The notes under the pieces are model-generated. The model made no database searches, had not been told where the DNA came from, and saw only the letters and a list, made by a program, of their open reading frames with translations. DNA of 64,000 nucleotides from Octopus bimaculoides (lineage: Eukaryota), in assembly GCF_001194135.2 (NCBI RefSeq), contig NC_068997.1, positions 45,958,498 through 46,022,497 of the forward strand. Direction: 5' to 3'. Below are positions 50,001 through 59,100 of this stretch, piece by piece. Within the stretch, counting starts at the first letter, position 1, and the number at the start of each line of letters is the position of its first letter. A program made the translations under genes and the position numbers.

Positions 50001-53000
50001 GTCATCTCATTACTCTGAACTTGTTTTCCATAATCCGTGTTCTTATATTCATTACCACTGAGAGAAAAAGAGATAAGAAATGATACACACACACACACTT
50101 GTAAGATGCCAATGTTAAAAAAGGTAAAAGAAATTTTAATTTAGAACACCACATTTCCAGTAATCTCTATCACACAGCTTACCGAAACTGACTTTTTAAT
50201 AGAAGTTGTAATGCAGCGAGTATAGGGAAATTTCTCATTATCGATCCCATGGGTCCAGCCGAGAGTGCTTCTTTACGGGGACTGCTTCCATCCTGAAGGT
50301 TCTGCATGAAACCGATCGTGTCTTTCAGCCTATTTTAAATAATAAACAACAAAATAACATTAACAAAAGTAAACAACCCCTCTACTGAATGATAAGCAGA
50401 TAGATGATAAGATGATAGTCTTAACTCTGAACAATAAACAACTAGGACACCAGTTGTGCCAACAAGAGTGTCTTTATGTGACAGCTAAGGCAACTAAAAA
50501 ATAGCAACTAAGTTTTTGTCAAATCATTCTTTGTTGCCGTAAAAATTTAAATGGACGCATCAGATAATGTAAGCCTATATTATGTCTAAAAACAGATGGA
50601 ATAATTAAGACTGAAATACCTCTGGTCAAAGATCTGCTCAGTATGGTGAGATATAGAGGTATAGTGACAGGTATGTATGTACACTAGCACTTGTAAAAGT
50701 GCCAAAGGCAAAAGTAATGTTAATTTAGAACACAGCAATTCTAGTACAGTAATCACTTGCCATATCATGGTTCGTCTATCAAGCCCTCAGTACATCGTGG
50801 ATTTTTCAGGCTAATATATGTAAATTTATATCACGGACTCCTCAGTATATCGTGGATTTCTGAGGCCAATAGATATTTCTATTTTTTGAGATTTTAATTA
50901 TTCCTGTAGTAAAATAAGCATTTTCATGCCTAAAAAATTCATAAATTAATCAATAAAAATACAGTACTGTATAACACATTAATTAAGATATATTAAAAGA
51001 AAATACGTAATGTACCGTAGATGAGTAAACAAAGAATCGCACACACTGTACGGAAAACTAAAGCCGGGAGACGAGTGTGTGGTGTTGTTTTGCATTTATA
51101 ATAAAATAAATATATACAAATTATAAAAGTAATACAATATACAGTACATTACTGTTTCTATTTTGTGGACTTTCATCTATCATGGGTTTTTTTTTAAAAG
51201 CAACACCTGCAATAGTCAAGGGATTACTGTAAAATGAAAGCAATGGTATATTGGTGTGCATCACACACAGCTTACCAAGGTTGATTTCGGAATGAACGTT
51301 CAAATAGAGAGGGGATATGGGAATTGTTCCTCCTATTCCTCTTTCTCTTTGATTGTGTGGGTCCATCTGGGTTGCTTTGATCTTGAGGTTGGTGCATGGA
51401 ATGGGTATTTCCTTCCAACCTATTTTAAACAATAAACACAGTAAAATGAAGTTAACAGAAATAAACAATTGCTGGATCGAATGATAAGCAGTGAGAGGAA
51501 AACATATTAAATAACCCTAACCCTGCAGAGTAAGTGACCAGAACACCAACTGAGCCAACAGAAGTGCCTCCATGGTACTTGACAGACTAGAAACAGCAGC
51601 CAAATCTGAAAAATCATTTGCTAAAGGGAAAAAAAAAAATGGATTCACTGAATTGTCTCCATCACACACAACTTACTGAGATTGATTGTGGGATGGAAGT
51701 TCAAATATAGACAGAATATTGGAATTTCTCTCCTTTGATCCTGTAAGTCCACTGGAGAACTCTCCCTTACATGGGTTGCCTCGATCCAGAGGTCTTTTCA
51801 CAGAACGTGTAATTTCTTGCAGCCTATTTTAAACAATAAGCAACAAAATGAAGATACTGCGCAGAATAAGCAGCTAGAGGATAAGATAGTAAATAACTTT
51901 TTACAGAAGGGTAAATGATCAGAGTACTAAGCAATATAGTACTCAACATACTAGAAACAGCAGCTAAATCTTCCTACCAAAAAAAAAAAATGTGGTTGAG
52001 CCTGTGTAATAAGAAGTTAGCTTCCCAACCATATTGTTCCAGGTTCAGTCTCACAGCACAGCACCTTGGGAAAGCGTCTTCTACTGCAGCTCTGGGTCAA
52101 CCAAAGCCTTGTGAATGGATTTGGTAGATGGAAACTGAAAGAAGCCTGTCACTGTGTGTGTGTGTGTGCATGTGTATATCCATTTATATGTTTGAGTCTT
52201 TGTGCTTATCCATTACCAGTGTTGATTTGCTTACTTCCCTATAACTTAGTGATTTGGCAAATAGAGATCGACAGAATAAGCACCAGGCTTTCATAAGAAC
52301 TTAGTAATGGAGTCAAGTTGTTTGACTAAATGTTTCATAGCAGTGCCCCAGCATGGCCACAGTCCAATGACTGAAACAAGATGAAGGGTAAAAGATAGAT
52401 TGTTTCCATCATGCACGACTTACCAAGATTGATTTTGGAATGGAAGTTGAAATATAGAGGGGGTATGAGGACTGTTCATCCGTGATCTCATGGATCCACC
52501 TGAGAACTTTCGCTTATTTGCATCTCTTGGATCATTAGATATTTCCATGGCATTTCTCATCTCATTCAGCCTATTTAAAACAATAAACAGAAAAATAAAG
52601 TAAACAACTGCTGTACTGAATAATAGAGAAAAAGATAGTAAATAGTCAAGACACCACCGAGACAACAAGAGTGCCTCTATGGCAATGATTCCCAACATGG
52701 GGCATACATTCCCACCAGTGGGGCCTGGGAAAATTGTGGTAGGGTGTGGGAGTTAAAATTTTTTTTTTTGTTCTTTAGTGGGATATGGAATTGTGAAAAT
52801 CTTTCTACAGCAGACTACACCTATATTCAGCCTAACCAAGTTAATCCCTCTGGTCAAGCATACTGTATGAAGACTGTTTGCTACAGTATAGCGCTATTCT
52901 AATGCCCTAGTGTGGATATTTCTTTAAGAAAAGTATATAATTATGAAAGGCGTGGCTGTGTGGTAAGTAGCTTGCTCCCCAACCACATGGTTCCCGGTTC

Positions 53001-53130
53001 AGTCCCATTGTCTGGCACCTTAGGCAAGTGTCTTCTACCATAATCTCAAGCTGTCCAAAAAGCCTTGTGAGTAGATTTAGTAGATGGAAACTGAAACAAG
53101 CCCATCATGTATGTATGTGTATGTATCTGT

Positions 53131-53176
<46 letters not shown>

Positions 53177-56100
53177 AAGTTGTTTTTTTTCCAACTACCA
53201 GTGGGACATATATTTTTCTGGAAAGTTATAGTAGGGCCTGGGGAAAAATAGGTTGGGAAAACTGCTCCATGGCATTCAACATACTAGAAACAGCAGCCAA
53301 CTCTTCCTTTAGAAATAAAAAGAGTTTTAAAAAACCGTTCCTCACCATCTCTCAAAAAAAGAGAGCAAAAAATCAGATACGTTGGACAACATAGTTCTCA
53401 AGTCTTAAAAATAGGTTGAATGATCACAGCTTTGACTATAGGTCTACACAATCTGGACTGATCAAGAGTTAATTTATAGCCAGAGAATAAGACAATAAAC
53501 AGTTCCAATACCAATACAACAGCTGAGATACCAATGTAGATAATGGCATTTATTCTCTGCTACTGAGAAACAAGAGACCTTCACAGTATATAATTTCATT
53601 TTTAATAAGACAAGGTTGCTTTATAAATATATTGCTGTCAATCTTGATTAAGTGGACTATGAAGAAAAATATTACAGCAGAAGTGTTAAGACCTGTCCCT
53701 CTGGCGGTGAAAAGCACTTGTGGCAGTGCCATGTGAAAGCACCCAGCACCCACTATAAAGTGGTTAGTGTTAGAAAGGGCATCTGGCTGAAGAAACCATG
53801 CCAAACCAAAACGGAAGTCTGGTGCAGCTCCCCAGCTTTGATCAAATTATCCAACCCATGCTAGCATGGACAATAGATGTTAAAAGATGATGATGATGAT
53901 GAACCACAATTTTATTTAGCTTGACATATCTTCTCAAACACAGCTAACTGCCAAAAGTCTCGGTTCCTTGTCAAGCAAAACACCAGAAGTTTCAGTCCCC
54001 AAGGGGAATAAAATAAATTAGTCAAGTTAAATAAGTGATGTCAAAGACAATGATAAAAAAAAATTAAGTTGACAGAGTAACAACACAATCTGTCTCACTC
54101 ACAGCAACACCTCTGTCCATAGAAAATTCAGTTCAAGAAGTTGTCTTCCGATTTCACATTTTGATAGGTTCAGATTTTCTATTTTCATTTTCTCCCACCT
54201 GAAAAGTATGAAATAACATAAATAAAGATATCAAAAAATTTAAACAAAAAGAAAATGAAAATCATAGTCTACACACACCAACCTGTAACTAATCTGACTG
54301 GTATTACTTTACAGAATATCCAAGAAACTTTCTTTGGAATCTCTGGGAAAATTAAGTATTTGTCCCAAGATCACTTTTCTAACCTTCTAATAGCTTTGTA
54401 ATAGATTTTAATGATGTGATTATTTTAGAATGCCATTATAAGGTGAGTATGAAAGACTTAAGTTTGAACAAAAAAAACAGCAAGAATATTTCAACCCGAT
54501 ACGGAAGGTTTTAATACTAAAGGGTTTAAACATAGACAGGATAAAGAACAGCTTGTTGACATAGGGTATTTTTGAGGTATAAGGATAATATATAAACACA
54601 TTTTGTTTTTCAGAAAAGAGAAGTCACATTTGGACAAAGTAACAGTGTGCCAGACAAGAGACAAACATCACTGTGAGCTGGACAGAGACATTTAAGTATC
54701 AAGTTAACAACATTCACATAACAATAAATATGTAGCATGTAGAGGTACAGTTTAGAGAGTATGTGTGATTGGTTGACCTATCTTTTATCTTTTACTTGTT
54801 TCACTCATTAGATTGCAGCCATGCTGGGACACAAGCTTAAAGAATTTTAGTTGAATGAATCACCCTCAGCACTTATTTTTTTTTTTTAAAGCTTGGTAGT
54901 TATTCTATCAATCTCTTTTGCTAAACCACTAAGTTATTGGGACATACATACACACACACCAAAACCAGTTGTCAAACAGTGGTTAGGGACAAACACAGAC
55001 ACAAAGACACACACACACACATATATATATATACAACAGGCTTTTTTCAGTTTACGTCTAACAAACCCTACACCCACAAGGTCTTGGTCGGTCCAAGGTA
55101 CCATACAGTGGGGCTGAACCCAGAATCATGTTGTTAGGAAGCAAGCTTCTTACCATACACCCACACCTGTGCCTACAAGAAATCTTGAACATATAACATC
55201 TTCCTTCTATCATCTTAAAGAATACATGTACTGGATAAGATAGTTCTAAAGATAGTCATAAAAAAATGGGATGGTTACAGCTGGAATGCCTTCAATCATA
55301 TGTCTGCATAATAAGATTTGATCTGAGACTAAGCAACAACACAAACAACAGTTCACCACAAGAATCGAGAAACTGTATGTCTGACAATCATTTCATTAAA
55401 TGTCCATGCTAAGGAGTATATCCTCTTTTCATCTCTATAAAGAGTAAAATATTTTCAGTAATGCCCAACCAACTGGATTTTTTCCTCTTGACTTACCTCC
55501 AGCTTTTGAAACAAATTAAATTCTAAGTTCATCATAAGCCAAATGAGCTATTCAAAAGATTTCAAAATGATTTATAACTCAGTCAGAAAAGGAAAAGCTG
55601 TACACAAAATTTGTTTTTTTCAGTTTCTCCAAGATTGATTAGAAAAAGGGAAGAAGCTATCCTTAGATTAAATACCTAGCCTGAAAGCTTGAAAGAGTGT
55701 ATACTCTGCTAAAAGCAGCCAAGGACCAGATGTTGTGTTAAACCAGGTGACAGGAGTATTCTTTTACCAAAAACTGGAATAGCCCCTCAGACGAGGCTTA
55801 ACATAGTTTGCATCTACCAAAATTTCACTAAAAAAGCACTGGTCAATCTGAGCATATGATACAAGACACTTGCCCAATGTGTTGCACAGCAAAGCATGGC
55901 GGTGTGGTAAGAAGTCTGCTTCCCAACAACATAGCTCTGGGTTCAGTTCCACTGTGTGGCACCTTGGGCAAGTGTCTTCTACTATAGCCTTGGGCCGACC
56001 AAAGCCTCGAGTGGATTTGTTAGATGGAAACTGAAAGAACCCGTCGTGTGTGTGGTTCTATATTTGTCCCCCCACCACCACCGCATGACAACAGATGTTA

Positions 56101-59100
56101 ATATGTTTACATCCCTGTAATCCAGTGGTTTGCCAAAAGGAGACCAATAGAATAAGTACCAGGCTCTTTAACAAAAAGTCCTGGGGTTAATTTGCTTGAC
56201 TAAAACCCTTCAAGGCAGTGTCCCAGCATGGCCACAGTCAAAAGACAAAAACAAGTAAAAGAATAAAAGATTACAATGATGGAATCCAGAATTAAGCAAT
56301 TATAATTTCAGTAGAATTTCAACAAACCTTAACTGTTCACCAAGTTGAAACAATCTCAAAGACTCCTCCTGTTTTTGAGAGAGTTCAAGTTTTCTCCACA
56401 GACTGTTATGTCTCCATCGTTTCTGATATAAAACAACATAAAATGTAGAAAAGAAAACCGCATAAAACTAACAAACCATATAAAACAATCACCATCCTCA
56501 TCATTTAACATGCAGGTGGCATGTAAAATACATTATTTTGAGAGGGGCCGTTGCCAGTACCGCCTGACTGGCCTTCGTGCTGGTGGCACATAAAAGCACC
56601 CACTACACTCTCAGAGTGGTTGGTGTTAGGAATGGCATCCAGCCGTAGAAACCATGCCAAATCAGACTGGAGTCTGGTGCAGCCATCTGGCTCACCAGTC
56701 ATCAGTTAAATCGTCCAACCCATGCCAGCATGGAAAGCGGACGTTAAACGATGATGATGATGATGATAACCAGATATCTGTCTGTTTACTTTGATTACTA
56801 CATGTGGGGCACAGCTGAGAAGGACAACAGCTGCTCTATCTGAAACACCAAGACTGAGCTGGTAGCCAAGATCAAGGTGGTGTTCAAATATCTTCCCAGG
56901 GACACAGTGAAGAATGCATGCACCAGGTTCTGAAGTTGTCTTGAGGCTGTTGTGGAAACTGAGAGCTGCTACCCTTAAACTGTTATCTCCCAGCCATAAT
57001 CTAGTTTATATATATTTTTATTTTTTAAAATACTTTAATTTTGGATGAGATATTATGTTTTTATTTTTATTTTTATGCAAACCGTCAAATTTAGCCTGAT
57101 CACCCAGTACATAAACATCTATCCTCTTTAAGCATTAACCATGTCAAATTTAGCCCAAATACCCAGTATATAAATAGGAGGCCAGCTGGCAGAAACATTA
57201 GCACGCCAGGCGAAATGCTTGGTGGTATTTCATCTGCCGCTACATTCTGAGTTCAAATTCCGCCGAGGTCAACTTTACCTTTCATCCTTTCGGGGTCGAT
57301 ATAATCGACTTAATCCATTTGTCTGTCCTTGTTTGTCCCCTCTGTGTGTAGTAAAGAAATAAGTATATAAACGTCTATCCTCTTTAACCCTTTCGGTACC
57401 AACCCGGCTGAAACCAGATCTGGCTCTGTAGTACAAATGTCTTGTTTTCGTAAGTTTTGAATTAAAATCTTCCACCAAACCTTAGTCACAATTTAGGTTT
57501 CTAACACTAGCTTAATGATAACTAAGCTATTTCACTAAATAATTGAAAGAAACACAGAGCATCTCGAAATAAAAATATTAACGAAAGGGTTAAGAGTTAA
57601 CCATGTCAAATTTAGCCTGTACACCTGGTATATAAACATCTATCCTTTTTAAGAGTTAAACATTTATATTGCAATAACCTGATTGACTCAACTTGCTCCA
57701 AAACCTATATCTATTGGAAAAGATGACCATCAATATTCCAATAGTAAATAACAATAAAGCTCATCATATAATTCAGTAGTTGACCATCTGGTCTGAAGAC
57801 AAACCAATAAAGAGAGGAGAACTCACCTTTTCAACTTTTATCTTATGGCCCTCAAATTTAGTTTGGTTCAGAAATGCAATACATTTTTCAGCCTCTTCAG
57901 GCTGAGACATTCCTATACTAGCACGATATTGAACACCAGATTTTTGTTTTTTTGATGATATACTGCCACCCAAAACCTGGTATGAACAGACGAAAACAGA
58001 AGTAGAAAATATTTAAACTTTAAACATGAAAAATTACATGTATGTATTCAATCCAAAAGTTAGCAACATCATCATCATCAACATCTTGAAAAAGGCAGCA
58101 AGCTGGTAGAATTGTTAGCACACTGGACAAATTGCTTCACGGTATTTATTTCTTCCGGCTTTGTGTTCAAAGTTCAAATCCTGCCAAGGTCAACTTTGCC
58201 TTTCATCCNNNNNNNNNNATATATTAAATATTTCAGGGTTTTTGTGTTTTTTTACTGATTCAAAAGGAAAGGGCAGTGCCCATGGTTTTTACAAGTTCTC
58301 CAAGGCTGGTAAGAAATATCAGAACTATTTCTTTTGAACAGTTGCAATTAATAGCTGCAGTGAAAGAATTCCAGAAAACCAGCATCCAGAGAGAAATGAC
58401 TGAGTATAGTGGTTATTATGGGGCTGGGGTGGGAGGAGGAGCGGGGAAGTGAAGGAAAAAAAAAAGAATGAGTGCCAAAGTGGAGGTGGCACAAGATCTG
58501 CCTTCATTAAGAAACAGGCTATGGGCATGGCCTTTTTTTACTCCTGACAAAACCATTAAAAGAAAAAATTTTTTTAATGAAAACACAAAAAACTCCTGTA
58601 AAGAATTTTACATTTCTTCAATTTAAGATATATCCTGTTAATGTGCAATAATCTTTGGATATTGTACATTATCTGTACATTATTTGGAGAGAGGAGAGGA
58701 TGGGAAAGACATGTTTTTGGAATTAAGGTAGGTGTGTGTTGGCAAGTGACTCCATACCAATCAGTCAGGTGACATTTAAAAAAAATTTTTTTTTATGCAG
58801 CCTGTTAGTAAGAGCTGCTGTTTGCAATCAAACAAAGAACTGTTAAAGAAAATTGTTTATGAGATTTAATGTTATTTTGTGTAATCCAGGGAATATACAA
58901 AGTGTTGGAGTAACAGAAGATCATGATAACAATCTTGAGAGGAATCTTCATTGTATTTTCACCACAGAGCAAAACTCTACCAAAAACACTTGTAGTTCAG
59001 GAAGAGTGACTGGTATGATTTACCCACCACTGACAACAAAAGACAAGAGCAAAACTTAACATGCTTGCCTAACTAAGCATACACAACTACATTGTCAAAT

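Noticed and set aside
45975-52570. CRISPR-like appearance of regularly spaced repeats
   Set aside because: Eukaryotic context; the repeats are a coding minisatellite and duplicated exons, with no repeat-spacer structure or cas genes
55497-55547. Strong donor CTGGAG|gtaagt suggesting an extra exon
   Set aside because: No acceptor choice gives an open frame compatible with both neighbouring exons
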